Notes: a model not told the origin generated them from the sequence alone. A stretch of 64,000 bases of DNA from Octopus vulgaris (GCA_951406725.2 OX597829.1:48546001-48610000), one strand, 5' to 3'; positions 37,131 through 51,064 are shown, numbered from the stretch's first letter. A program made the numbers and translations.

Positions 37131-37695
37131 TTATGAGCAGATGCAACAAAATGGCCATCAGCAAGAAAATTAACCCAGCAGTGTCTCTGTTCATTTGCAA
37201 GACAAAAAGATGGATGGAGTAGGACGGAATACTACTTTAGGCTTTGCACATAAATGCCCATGATTTCTTCAAAAATCCTTCTCTATTCATCTGGGATTCT
37301 TTATGACTTCAGAGATATAAAAAAAAAACATACAAAAAAAAAGAAAACAACTCTAATGAACCAAAGACACAATTATACTCAGGTATTTCTCACGAAAAAA
37401 GCAACCTCTAGAATAACCGAACACACAGGAGGAACATTTTGATCTGATCTTCTGCTACTATGGCCCTCAATGATTGCATTGAATATTACTGTCGTCTTTG
37501 GGCTGGTGCCTTCTCTGAGGGTCTTAACTTTGATTGAATTCAGAATCAAGTTGCTAACATAATGGATCTTCTTCTTCCTCCTAGGTTGGTGTCTTTGTCA
37601 CATCATTGGAAAGTGTCTTCATTGTCTTTTCTATGAATACCTCCATGGTCATTGCTCTTATGAACTTTCTGGTCTAATACTGTCAAGGTCTTTAA

Positions 37696-37907
37696 CCTTT
37701 TAGCATTCGGACCAGCCATACCTGTCCCAAATATCCTACATGTTTTAATATTCAGGCATGGCTGATACACCTTCTCACACCTACTCTGCAATGTCATTCT
37801 AAAAATAGACAAACACACCATCAAAATTTTGAAGCCACAAGATAATAGATGATTCATTCAAAATAACGTGAAGAAGCATTTGATAGCATAATCTGAACGC
37901 TAAAGGG
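37696..37907. mobile_element. piggyBac-like MITE
   Basis: TTAA flanks at 37692-37695 and 37908-37911; TIRs CCTTTTAGCATTCGGA / TCTGAACGCTAAAGGG. Confidence 0.7.
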
Positions 37908-39206
37908 TTAAACATGTCATCTGCTTCTCTTCCCAGGTTCACCATTTCTTTGTTGAGCTTCCTGTTTGTCACAAGTCCTTTTTTTCTCAAACTACTGCTT
38001 TCTGGAACTAAACTACCATTGTCTTGTTTTCCTCTGGTCTAGAATATTCAGTTCTTTAAGGTTTCAGTCAATTGACATCTTTTGAATTTTTAAGATACTT
38101 CTTACCCTTCTTTGTAGTCCCTTTACACTACAGTGGCATCAATCCTTATTTGGGACAAAAATAAAAAAAAAAAGAAACTGGTATTTACTCGTCTATGTGT
38201 ATGGATGGAAAATTCATCGGAAAAATGTGAGAAGTGATATAACAATAAAATAATTTTTAGAACGAGGCATCATTATCACAATGGATAATAACAAAGGAAA
38301 ACATTCTCTTAAAAAATTGGTTGTATGCCAAATAATGAAATTTCAAAGCAATGAAGATTTCATAGGTTTTGGAGTGAAAATCATTTTTGTGGGTTCAAGA
38401 ATTTTTTTCTTTTTGATATTTGGAGATCTTTTATGTTTCTCTTTTACTCTTTTACTTGTTTCAGTCATTTGACTGTGACCATGCTGGAGCACCGCCTTTT
38501 AGTCGAGCAAATCGACCCCAGGACTTTTTCTTTGTAAGCCTACTGCTTATTCTATCGGTCTCTCTTGCTGAACCGCTGAATTATGAGGACGTAAACACAC
38601 CAGCATTGGTTGTCAAGTGATATTGGGGGGACAAACACAGACACACAAACACATACACATATATATATATATATATCCATGCTAGCATGGAAAACGGACG
38701 CTAAATGATGATGATGATGATATATATATATATATATATGACGGGATTCTTTCAGTTTCTGTCTACCAAATCCACTCACAAGGCTTTGGTCGGCCCGAGG
38801 CTATAGTAGAGGACACTTGCCCAAGGTGCCATGCAGTGAGACTGAACCCGGAACCATGTGGTTCGTAAGCAAGCTACTTACCACACAGCCACTCCTATGC
38901 CTATGAAAATGTAATATTCTTTATTAATATCTTGAGCAATTATTGTTCGTTAAATTTCTTAAAGATTTTACTAAAGCTTTTCCTTTGTTATAAGGGTACA
39001 TCATATACCCCAAACAATACAGTAATTAATGTGAAATTAATTTGATAATTTGAATGCTGTGTAGTAAGAAGTTTGCTTCCCAACCACATGGTTCCAAATT
39101 CAGACCCAATGCATGGCACCTTGTGCAAGTGTCTTCTACTAAAGCCTTAGACCAACCAGAATTTTATGAATGGATTTGGTTGATGGAAACTGAAAGAAGC
39201 CTGTCG

Positions 39207-39245
<39 letters not shown>

Positions 39246-39822
39246 GTTTGTGCGTGTGTTTGCGTGTCTGTATTTGTCCCCCTCCACTATTGCTTGACAA
39301 CCAATGTTGGTGTGTTTACATCCTCATAATCTAGCAGTTCTGCAAAAAAGACCAATAGAATAAGTACTAGGCTTACAAAGAATAAGTCCTGGGGTTGATT
39401 TGTTCAACTCAAGGTGATGCTCCAGCATGGCTGCAGTCAAATGATGGAAACAAATAAAAGAATTAAAAAAAAACGAAAAATGTATTTAACACAGTTCCTA
39501 ATGTAGATCCAGTGATGATTGTGCAATTATTATGAATGACACCCAGGCCGAGGGAAGAGCAGGAGAAAGAGAGGGACAGTGGGAGATAGCAAGAGTGCAT
39601 GGGAGAGCAGGAAAGAGGTTGTGGTAAAGTACTGGGCATGCTCACAAGGGATGGGGATCAGAATATAAATGGGATGGTTGAGTAAAGGAAGAGAGAGATA
39701 GATAGTAGCAAGTGCTGGGCATACCATAGAAGTATGGAGGTAGGGCATTGCCAAAGAAGTGTGAGTAGAGAGTGAGGAAGGGGAATGCAGTGAGTAGTGA
39801 AAACCTAAGTGTATAGAGGGGA

Positions 39823-39889
<67 letters not shown>

Positions 39890-39897
39890 TGTATATA

Positions 39898-41159
39898 CAG
39901 GGTGCAATGGGTAAATTGTTGCCATTTTATATTTTTAATTTTGTGCATGTGCATTGTATATTTTTGGTTTTGTCAACTACACAGTATAGTAGGGTCAGTT
40001 AGGCACTGTCTGTGAGAAAAACAGCACCATGACACAATTCACTCTGCCAGAAATTTGGAAACAACATTCCGTACTGCTTGGCATTCATGCCAGAAGCCCC
40101 ATATGAACATTTCAGAGTGTTTGGGTGTCAATCAGAGGACAGTGCAAAGGATTCGGAAATAGTTGGATGAGTGTAATGGTCTTTACAAAGGTGCAGCCAC
40201 TCGGAAAACTCTCTCTGATCCTTCTGATAAGAAAGGAACTCCTGCATTTGTTGTGAGATCCAGGCCATGGTTGACAATACTCCCGCCAAGTCAATCAGGT
40301 CCATTGCCAGGGATATGGGAGTGTCTGAATTCCTTATCAGGCAGGTAGTGCATGAAGACATTTGGTATTCCTCATACAAGATGAGAAAAGTTCAATTTTT
40401 ATCCTAAGCTATCAAGGACAAGAGGAAAGACCACACTCAGAAGCTTTTGAACAATCTCAAGCATCCTCTCCAACTGAACAGGTTTTGGTTTTTCTAAGAC
40501 AACAAGTATTGGCTTGCCATGTCTCCAAAACATGTACTGAGAGTGATAAAAATCAAACATCCAGTCAACATCATGGTATTTGGGGTGATTACTAGTGATG
40601 GCGATATTATGCCTCCATTCATCTTCCCACATGGCCTCAGATCCAATGTGGCGGCCTACATTAAGTACCTGGAGGAGGTAGTGCTGCCCTGGATCAAGCA
40701 GGTGTCTGCTGGAAGACCCTATGTCTGGCAACAGGACTCTGCACCATGCCACACAAGCAGGAGAATCCCGTCATGGCTGCAGACAATTTCTGCAACCACA
40801 TTACCCCTAACATCTGGCCACCTAACTCCTCAGACTGCAACCCTATTGATTATGATGTGGCAGGCACAGTTGAGCGAGAGACCAATTAAACTCCTTGTAA
40901 CACCAATGATGAACTGAAGGCAAGGATTATAGCAGCATTTACACACTTAAACAAGGACACTGTCCAGAAGAGTTATGGGACATTCTGAGGTCATCTGGAG
41001 GCCATGGTTGGAGCCAATAGCGATTTTATTGAGTAAATTTACTCTTTAGTATTTCAAGATATTTTTATCTAATTTTGGTAAATATATCTGTTAAAATGAG
41101 ATGTCAGTGTTATTTTCATTTTTGCATAATTTTGACAACAATTCATTCACCGCACCCTT
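39898..41159 (+). mobile_element. Decayed Tc1/mariner DD37D (maT) transposon
   Basis: TIRs CAGGGTGCAATGGGTAAATTGT / ACAATTCATTCACCGCACCCTT with TA flanks. Confidence 0.9.
40029..41036 (+). pseudogene. DD37D transposase pseudogene
   Basis: KHPVNIMVFGVITSDG and WQQDSAPCH, then after a 1-nt frameshift WPPNSSDCNPIDY. There are 37 residues between the second and third D after correction. Multiple stops and frameshifts. Confidence 0.88.
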
Positions 41160-41199
41160 TATATATACACATACATATACATAAATACACACACGCGCA

Positions 41200-41245
<46 letters not shown>

Positions 41246-42448
41246 AATATGTAAATATCTATATGTGTTTGTCTTTATATCTGTGTTTATCCCCTATCAT
41301 TGCTCAACAACTGGTGTTGGTGTGTTTACATCCCTGTCACTTAGCAGTTTGGCAAAAGGGACTGACAGAATAAGTACCAGGCTTAAAAAGAATAAGTATT
41401 GGGGGTCGCTTTGTTTATCTAAAATTCTTGAACGCAGAGCCCCAGGGTGACATCTTATCTGGTGCAGTACTTATTCATTAAATTTTTTTGAAGACTTAAG
41501 TATAGCCTTTCCTTCAACATAAGGGTGTATCATATAGACCTGTGTGTCATATACCCACCAAAATGCAGTAATTAATATGAAATTAATTTGTTAATTTGTA
41601 CTAATTTGATGGTCTGGTGGCTGAATTGTTAGAGTCTCACACAAAAATATTAAGTTATGTCCATTTATGTTTCAAGTTCAAATCCTGTTTCATCCAATAT
41701 AATACCCTAGGTTAGTACTTTTATGAATTGAGCCCAGAAGAGTTGATAGGCAAAGTTGACTTAAAAGGATTTGATCTCAAAGCACATATAATCAAAATAA
41801 ATGCCACAATCCATCCTAACCAACATTGCAACAAATTTTGCCAATTAATAGTTTTTTGCTTGTTATGTTTACTTTTTTGCTTTGCAAGATTCTTGATGTG
41901 AAATTGTGTATTGAAACATATATTGTTATACTTGGGGATGGTCATCTTTTTACCTTTTTTACCAATTAAACATTTGCACTATTTATTCGATTTTCATTTT
42001 AGTTTTTATTTTGTATTATTTTTTATACAAGTACAGTGTGACATACGAACCTATATACACGTACAAAGGACACATGTATTAAAGATGTAGACTCACACAC
42101 ACACACACATGTGAAAACATTACACACAAACACACACAACACACTCACACACATGCGCCCACACATACAGCGCACGCATACACATGCAGACACACATGCG
42201 CACACACACACATGCGCACACACACACATGCACACATACACATGTGCACACACACATACATGCGCACACACGTGCACACACACACATATGCGCACACACA
42301 TACATGTGCAGATAGAGATACATACCACAGAAGGACAAAATGAAATAAAGAGGATGAAAGGAGATACAAAGGTCAGAGAAAGTCACTGATTGAGGTCACA
42401 GAATGTGTGAAGAAATAACTTTGGCAGGCATAAACCAAAAATAGTACG

Positions 42449-43238
42449 AACAAGAACACTCAGAGAGTGCAAACCTCCGCCAAGGCAACACCAGTGTCCT
42501 CTCAGCAATTAGCTTGAGATGATTTTTAAAATGAGAATATCTGAAATAAACTCGACTGCTCTCACAAATGAGAATACTAAAAATGAACCCGACCGCTCTC
42601 AAAAATTAAGTAAAAAAAAAAAAAAAAAAATCCATAGGCGCAGGAGTGGCTGTGTGATAAGTAGCCTGTCTACCAACCACATGGTTCCGGGTTCAGTCCC
42701 ACTGCGTGGCACCTTGGGCAAGTGTCTTCTACTATAGCCTCGGGCCGACCAAAGCCTTGTGAGTGAATTTGGTAGACGGAAACTGAAAGAAGCCCATCGT
42801 ATATATGTATATATATATATGTATGTGCGTGTGTGTTTGTGTGTCTGTGTTTGTCCCCCTAGCATCGCTTGACAACCGATGCTGGTGTGTTTATGTCCCC
42901 GTCACTTAGTGGTTCGGCAAAAGAGACCGATAGAATAAGTATTGGGCTTACAAAAGAATAAGTTCCGGGGTCGAGTTGCTCGATTAAAGGCGGTGCTCCA
43001 GCATGGCCGCAGTCAAATGACTGAAACAAGTAAAAGAGTAAAAGAGAGAGTAAAGAGAATCCTTGTCTGGAACTGGATTGATCCCAAAATCTAATGTGAC
43101 TGTGCCAGTCATGAGGCCAAACATCCTCGAAAGTTTCATCCGAATCCATCCTGTGGTTCTTGAGATATCTTATCCACAAACAAACAAATATGACTGAAAA
43201 CAACACCTCACCCTTCGCTAAGGCGGGGTGAAGGTCAA
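42449..43238 (+). mobile_element. Helentron/HINE-like non-autonomous element interrupted by a SINE
   Basis: Starts AACAAGAACACTCAGAGAGTGCAAACCTCCGCCAAGGC and ends with (ACAA)n then the hairpin CCTCACCC...GGGGTGAAGG. A SINE is inserted at the A-run (42637-43057). Confidence 0.5.
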
Positions 43239-43393
43239 ATAAATAGAGTTTCTGTTTAATCGGTACCCCACTCCCAACCAACTCTGAGTATAACAACATC
43301 GTCTATATTTCTATACAGTGTATTGAGATGTAATAATTGCAATAATCCATTATTGGTTCCATTGTGTAATCTATCTACCATTTTTCTGTTTAG

Positions 43394-43538
43394 ATTATCG
43401 TCAACGTTATCTTTCACTTCATATTCTGAGAGTAATGACACCACATCGAAGAATCCTATTATAATTCTTCATGGGCTGTTTGGTTCTAAAACAAATTGGA
43501 ATAGTTTATCAAAGATTCTCAGCAGAAATGGAAGAAGA
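43394..43538 (+). CDS. ABHD11: Internal coding exon of an ABHD11-like alpha/beta hydrolase
   Basis: TTTTTCTGTTTAG acceptor and GTAAGT donor; 145 nt (phase 2 to 0). Encodes LSSTLSFTSY...NPIIILHGLFGSKTNWNSLSKILSRNGRR, matching the ABHD11/YbfF motif LHGLFGSKTN(F/W)NS that precedes DARNHG. Other coding exons were not identified in the window. Confidence 0.88.
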
Positions 43539-43558
43539 GTAAGTTCAGTGTATTCTTT

Positions 43559-43662
<104 letters not shown>

Positions 43663-43875
43663 TATTTCTTTCTTTTATTTGTTTATTTATTAATTTAGGT
43701 GTAGACTTTATTGTGTGGTAAGAAGTTTGCTTCTGAACCAAATGGTTGTGGTTTCAGTTCCATTGCATGTTACCTTAGGTCTTCAACTGTATCCTTGGGT
43801 CAACCAAAGCCTTGGCTGATTTAGTGGACAGAAACTGAAAGAAGCCTGTTTTGTGTGTGCGTGTGTATGAATACA

Positions 43876-43935
<60 letters not shown>

Positions 43936-44100
43936 GCACACACACATGTATATATACATATACACACATATATATATACACACACACACACACATATATA
44001 TATATATGAGTAAATGTATACCTGCTCAAGTTTAAATCTCTTAAGCACTATGAAATGTATTCTCTCTCTCTCTCTCTCTCAATCTCTCTCTCTCTCTCAA

Positions 44101-44141
<41 letters not shown>

Positions 44142-44893
44142 TAGGTCGTCCAGAAAGTTCTGAGCATTTTTTAACATGCAAAATCTGAGTTTGTGTGTTA
44201 ACCGTCATTATCATGATCATCATGATCATCATCATTTAACGTCTGTTTTACATGCTGGCAGGAGTTGGACAGTTTGACTGGGGACTGGGAAACCAGGATG
44301 CTGCACTAGGCTCCAGTCTGATCTGGCAGTGTTTCTACAGCTGGATGCCCTTCCCAAAGCCAACCATACCGAGTGTGTAGTAGTGGGTGCTTTTTACGCG
44401 CCACTGGCCTGGGAGCCACTCAGGCAGCACTGGCATGTATATATATATATATATAGTGAGAAGATGTGGTTATAAGAAATAATGGTGTCATTGAGACCCA
44501 CAAGTGTCAGATAATGCTGAATAAGTGCTATAGATGGGCCATAGTTAAGTTCCAGATTTGGTAGTATTGCGAATAAAGGCTTCAACGATGGTTCTATGTC
44601 AGTGTGTGTATATAAGAATTTTTTGCGTTGCTCTAATATCTATACAGCCATGGTTTTTTATTTTATTACGCAAAAAATTCTTATATATATATATATATCC
44701 ATATATATATATGTACATATATAAATATACACTCACACACATATATATATTTATGTGTATACACATATAAATATATGTTTGTTTGTCCCTCCCCATTGCT
44801 TAACAACTTGTGTTGGTTTGTTTACTTTCATGTAGCTTAGTGGCTCAGTAAAAGAGACCAATAGAGTAAGTACCAGGCTTTAAGAAATAAGTG

Positions 44894-45425
44894 CTGGAGT
44901 TGATTTGTTTGACTGAAAAAAAAAACCATTCAAGGTGGTGCTTCAGCATGGCCACAGTCCAATGACTGAAACAAGTAAAAGATAAAAGATATACTGGGAT
45001 TGATTTGTTCAACTAAAACACTTCAAGGTGGTGCCCCAGCATGGCCACAGTCCAATGACTGAAACAAGTAAAAGATAAAAGATATACTGGGATTGATTTG
45101 TTCAACTAAAACCCTTCAAGGTGGTGCCCCAGCATGGCCACAGTCCAATGACTGAAACAAGTAAAAGATAAAAGATATACTGGGATTGATTTGTTCAACT
45201 AAAACCCTTCAAGGTGGTGCCCCATTGGCCACAGTCCAATGACTGAAACAAGTAATAGATAAAAGATATACTGGGATTGATTTGTTCAACTAAAACCCTT
45301 CAAGGTGGTGCCCCAGCATGGCCACAGTCCAATGACTGAAACAAGTAAAAGATAAAAGATATACTGGGATTGATTTGTTCAACTAAAACACTTCAAGGTG
45401 GTGATCCAGCATGGCCACAGTGCAA
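44894..45425 (+). repeat. 93-bp tandem array of a SINE 3' end (about 5.7 copies)
   Basis: CTGGGATTGATTTGTTCAACTAAAAC...GAAACAAGTAAAAGATAAAAGATATA starts at 44994, 45087, 45180, 45271 and 45364. Confidence 0.92.
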
Positions 45426-45553
45426 TGGCTGGCATAAGTAGTGAAATAATAAAAGGCAAAAAAGCAAAAGATTTGTTTATTTATTGTTATTGGAATCGGT
45501 AAAAATTGAACAAATACTTAGAAGATATGTTGAGGGGCAGAGTAGGTAATGAC

Positions 45554-45591
<38 letters not shown>

Positions 45592-45827
45592 AACAACTTT
45601 AAAAACAGCACAAAAACAGTATAAAACAGCATAAAAACAGTATAAAAACAATAACAGTGTTTTGAAAGATTCATTGATTAAATTTTTTAGAATTGCAGGA
45701 AAAAAAATAAATAAAAAAAGAAAAGGAAAAGAAAAAAAAAGATTAATTTGCCTGAAGCAACACCTGGTGAAAAAGAGAAGGAAACAAAAAAGCCATTACT
45801 GGAATAAGAAATTAAAGCTTAGCATCA

Positions 45828-45904
45828 ATGTGTGTGTGTGTGTGTGTGTGTATGTGTGTGTATGACTGTGTGTGTGTGTGTTGTGTGTGTATGTGTGTGT
45901 GTGT

Positions 45905-45975
<71 letters not shown>

Positions 45976-46790
45976 TGTTTGTGTGTGTGTGTGTGTATGT
46001 GTGTGTGTGTGTGTTTTCAAACGTTTTCAAATTAATGTTAGCTCTCAAATTATTTCCTGTGTATATTTATTGCTTTTTAAGCTAATGTATATGTATGTGT
46101 GTGTATTTGTGTGTGTGTATTTGAGTGTGTGTGTATTTGTGTGTGTGTGACGTGTGTATGTATGTATATGTGACGCATGTATATGATGCATGTGTGTGTG
46201 TATAAGTGTGTTTTTTAATAAGTTAGAACTTGAGTTAAATTATTTCTTAAATATATATATATTTTTTTTTAAAGTCAGTATGCATGTATGTGCGTGTGTT
46301 TGCGTGTGTTTGTATGTTTATGTAGTGTGTGTTGTGTGTGGGTGTGTGTGTGAATGAGTGTGTATGAATGTGTGTGTAAGTGTGTAGTGCATGTGAGAGC
46401 GAGTGTGTAAGTGCTTGTGTGTGTGTGTGCATATGTGTAGCATAGTGTGTGCATGTGTGAATGTGTGTGGTGTGTATGTGTGAGTGTACCTGTGCCAGAG
46501 AGTGTGTGAATGTGTGTGTTTGTATGTAGTGAAGTGTTTGTGTGTGTAGTGTATTTGGTTTTTTGTGTGTGTATGTGTGTCTGTGTGGGGATGTGAGTGT
46601 GTGAATGAGTGTGTATGAATGTGTGTGTGTGTAGTGCATGTGAGAGTGAGTGTGTAAGTGCTTGTGTGTGTAGTATAGTGTGTGAATGTGTATGTGTGAG
46701 TGTACCTGTGCCAGAGAGTGTGTGAATGTGTGTGTTTGTATGTAGTGAAGTGTTTGTGTGTGTAGTGTAGTGTGTTTGTGTGTGTATGTG
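45828..46790. repeat. (TG)-rich low-complexity tract with an internal duplication of about 215 bp
   Basis: GAGTGTACCTGTGCCAGAGAG... occurs at about 46482 and 46698. Confidence 0.85.
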
Positions 46791-48115
46791 CTGTCTTTAG
46801 TAAATTAGAGGTTAAAACAAATAACATCTCAAATCTATTTGTTGCTTTTTTTTTGTGTCTTTGCATTTTTGTATCAATACCGCTTCTGTTTCCATTTCCA
46901 TTCCATTCAAAGTCTACTTATTTAACAGCAACAGCTAAATAGAAATGATGCACTGTACTAGAAGAATGCTTAGACCCACATCCATAACTGTACCAACACG
47001 TTTTGCTGATTGGGTGATGGTAAATTTCTTTCTGAATGAGACACCAACCAGTCTTATTGCATCGGGCAAGTTCTATACATGATCCATTAGCTTTTCATTG
47101 CAGTTTATCTTTCACTAGTTTTTTCTTCAATTAGTATTGTCATAGAGTATGCAAAACAACAACATCAACAAAATTATTTCATAGTGAAACTGTATATCCT
47201 TCCTGGTAAAAAGTGGTAGGAACCAGCTATTATAAATAGTCAGTTGAGAAGGTTGAGAGTCGAAGTGTTGAGAGTTGACAGAAGCTAGTGTATTACTATT
47301 CTGGTAGTGTATTACTATTCTTGTACAAAGAGATACAACGGGACTTATTCTATTGGGCTTTTTTGCCAAATCGCTAAGCTATGGGGACATAAACACACCA
47401 ACGCCAATTGTCAAGTGGGGGTGGTGGACACACACATACACACGCACACACACACACACGAGAAACTTCTTTCAGTTTCCGTCTACCAAATCCATTCACA
47501 AGGCAATAGTAGAAGGCACTTTCCCAAGGTGCCACTCAGTGAGACTGAACCCAGACCCATTTGACTGGAAAGCAAGCTTCTCACCACACAGCTATGCCTG
47601 AAAGTATCAGTCAAGTACTGGAGGCGGATGGAATCAGTGTAACTTTTTTTTTTGTCCACTCTCTTCAAAATTGCTGGCCTTGACACCCTGCAATTCACTG
47701 GCATTCAATTTAGGGGAAATGTAGTGATCTCAGATGCTTATACACATTGGAAACCAGGTAAGCAGCCTTAGGAGTTTTAGTGCTCAAGAAAAAAAGTAGA
47801 TATCTGGATGGCTGGATGGCCAGATGGACAAACAGACAGCTGGATAGATGGACAGATGGATGAACGGATAGACATACAGACATGGGATGGAATGGCTGAA
47901 TGGATGGGCAAACCAATGGACAAGTGGGTGGATGGACAGATGAGTGGACAAATGAATGAGTGGGTTGGTGGACAGGTGGATGGCTGGATGGACAGATAGA
48001 TGGACAGATAGACGGACGAGTGATCAAGTGAGTGGGTGGACAGATGGATGGACCGATCAATTGATTGATTTCGTTTATCTTAAACTCGAATGACTTTTCC
48101 GATATATCAGTAACA

Positions 48116-48278
48116 TCATCATCATCATCGTTTAATATCCGCTTTCTATGCTAGCATGGGTTGGACTGTCAGAATGTCAGCATGTCAGAATGGCCGACTG
48201 TCAGAATGACCGACTGTCAGAATGGCCAACTGTCAGAATGGCCGAGTGGTCTAAGGCGCCAGGTACGTTAACCGGAGC
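48116..48278. mobile_element. Chimeric retro-insertion: RTE tail (-) plus tandem tRNA-Leu 5' fragments (+)
   Basis: 12-bp TSD ATATCAGTAACA at 48104-48115 and 48279-48290. GTCAGAATGGCCGAGTGGTCTAAGGCGCCAG (48232-48262) resembles the 5' 31 nt of metazoan tRNA-Leu(CAA). Confidence 0.8.
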
Positions 48279-48971
48279 ATATCAGTAACAATGATGGAAA
48301 TATAATTTACTTCTTCCTTTTGTTTTATGCAACTTGTAGAATTATTGTTTGTCACATTGATTTTATTGTTCTTCTTATTGTAAATGTATGCAGTTGATAA
48401 GAAGTTGACATTGTGACCATATGATCCAGAGTTCACCCGTACTTAGTAGCAACTTGGCAAAGTATCTTCTTTACAGCTTTGGTTGATGAATACTGCATGA
48501 GGAAACTGTACTGAAGCTCATCATATAAAGGAAGAACTCATTGGATAATGTAGTCCTAGATGTATTTTAAAAACAAATTGGATGGTCATGACTGGAGCTC
48601 CTTTGATCATATGTCTGCTTGATTAGAGTTGAACAACAAGAAACTTTTTAACAGGTATGATGAAGCAGTGTATCAGAGATCAGGTTGTAGAAATATGAAG
48701 AAAAAAATTAAAAAGCACCTGTACTAATGCCCCATAGAAGTACCCATGCTTATGCCACGTAAAAGTAGCCATGCCAGTTCCACATATAAAGTACCTGTGC
48801 AGGTATCACGTTAAAAGAACCCAGTACACTTTGTAAAGTAGTTGGCATTAGGAAGAGCATTTTGTCAAAGAAGCCACGCCAAAATGGACAGTTGGAGCCT
48901 GGTGCAGTCCTCTGGTTTGTCAGTTCCTGTCAAACCATCCAACCCATGCCAGCATGGAAAACGGATGTTGA

Positions 48972-49002
<31 letters not shown>

Positions 49003-50993
49003 CGACGATTTTAACCATTTTGTTACTATATTTCTGTTGAAGTAGACTGTCTTCATTTTGTTTAATTTTGAAAATAATGAATTTATTAAAATTATTCATC
49101 ATTATTAAGATGGTATTTGGAATATAAATTAACATGAAACTTTGATGTCAGATTTTAATGTAGATCACACCAAAACAGGATGTTTCTTTCATAGAATCAG
49201 AGGTAGTCTCAGGTGTGTTGATAATACATACATAACCATTATTTCAAAATATAATATTCTAAGTGATTGAGTAGACCATGACATGCAACTGTTTTAGTGT
49301 TAACACACAAACTCAGATTATATTTCATGTCTGGCAGTTTCAACAAAGGATTTTTGAAATATAAAGTCTTGATATTTTATATATATATGCTGCAGATGAA
49401 TAAAACCTCTCATCCAAACTCTCACACGAAAAAAAAAAGAGAAATAGTCCAAAAAGTTATAAATATAGAAAGTCAACATTGAATCAAAAGACATTTCTAT
49501 ATTCAAAGAAATGAAACATCTTTCATCATCATCATCATGATGATGATCATCATCATCATTTAACGTCCGCTTTCCATGGTAGTATAGGTTGGATGATTTG
49601 ACTGAAGAATGGTGAAGCAGATGGCTGCATCAAGCTCCAATCTGATCTGGCAGAGTTTCTACAGCTGGATGCCCTTCCTAACGCCAACCACTCCGAAAGT
49701 GTAGTGGGTGTTTTTACATGCCACCGGCACGAGGGCAAAATGTTAAAATATTGTAAGGTCTTTATTGTTTCAAGAATGCTGAAATAATATTTTCAACATT
49801 TTTCACAAAAAGATTGGTTTGCATAAAGGCATTGATTGTAATTGATCTTAGCTTAGAAGATTATCAAACCATGTAACCCAGGATTCAAATTGCTACATTC
49901 ATAGCCTTGTGTGCTTGGGTAACATTGGTAGCTATGGTCATCTCAGTCAAGTAGGTTAACAACAGGTTTCTTGCCTACTTCATAAGTGAATAACGGTTTG
50001 CTTGATGTAATGTCCATCAGCAACTAGCTGGCCTTTGGGTATTTTTAACAGAACTTTCTCTATGGTAAAACATCTAGGACAGGTCTCTAGCCTAAGGGTA
50101 ACATTCTGTCTTTGTTTATTATGTTCCTTCAGAGACCAAATTAATTTACTAATAAACACAACAATTCTGGGTTTAGTAAATTAATTTGGTCTCTGAAGGA
50201 ACATAATAAATAATTTGATTTGGAAGGGAATATTCTATCTAGGTCCTTTCCATATGATAAAGGTAAATCTTCTTGTCTGTTTTTTAACAAAGAACTTTAT
50301 CTCATCATGGTCTAAGAGAATTCTCTTGTAAACACATTTAAAGGATGCATTTATTGTTACAAATATTGGCAAAAAACATACCTTTAGTTCCTACAAGTAA
50401 TTTGTACCACTCTATAAAATTCGACCTTTAACTGTCTTCTTACATTTCATTTCCACTAAATATATCTATTTCCATACCTTTAAGCTTTGTTCCCATTCAT
50501 CTATTGCACTAGATTTCTCCACTCTTGGTTTTCTGCTAATTTCTTTCTTTCTCTAAATTGCATTTGACATTAAATCTATTAAGGATTTTTTTTTTTTAAA
50601 TAACTTGCTAGCATTCCCTTCATCATATATGCTGTCATCACATTCGGTTAAAATGGCTTTCTGATGTGTTTTGTTTCTCTTTTTACCCTGATGAGAAGAT
50701 TGCATTGTTTTACATCATTTTATTCTCTCTGAAATAATACCAATGTTTTCTTTGAAACATATGTTGGAAGTATAAAGATTTGAATAACATCTGCATTTAT
50801 CTCCATTTCTTTACTTATCTGTTATACAAAAACATTCCACTAAACCCTGGAATTTCTACCTTTATAAGTAGGCTGTAACATCCTTGGTACTTATGTGAAT
50901 TTTTTGCTACCCTGGTAACTATTTATTTTTTCCGAGTTATTTGTACACATTGAAAAAAGACATACATTTATATCATATATATACATATATGTA

Positions 50994-51029
<36 letters not shown>

Positions 51030-51064
51030 ATATATATCATGTATATTTATATCATATATATATC

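Noticed and set aside
44894-45425. CRISPR-like regular array
   Set aside because: The units are whole tandem copies of a SINE end with no unique spacers, there are no cas genes, and the context is eukaryotic.
48232-48300. Functional tRNA-Leu gene
   Set aside because: Only the first 31 nt match; the anticodon loop, T-arm/B-box and 3' acceptor strand are absent.
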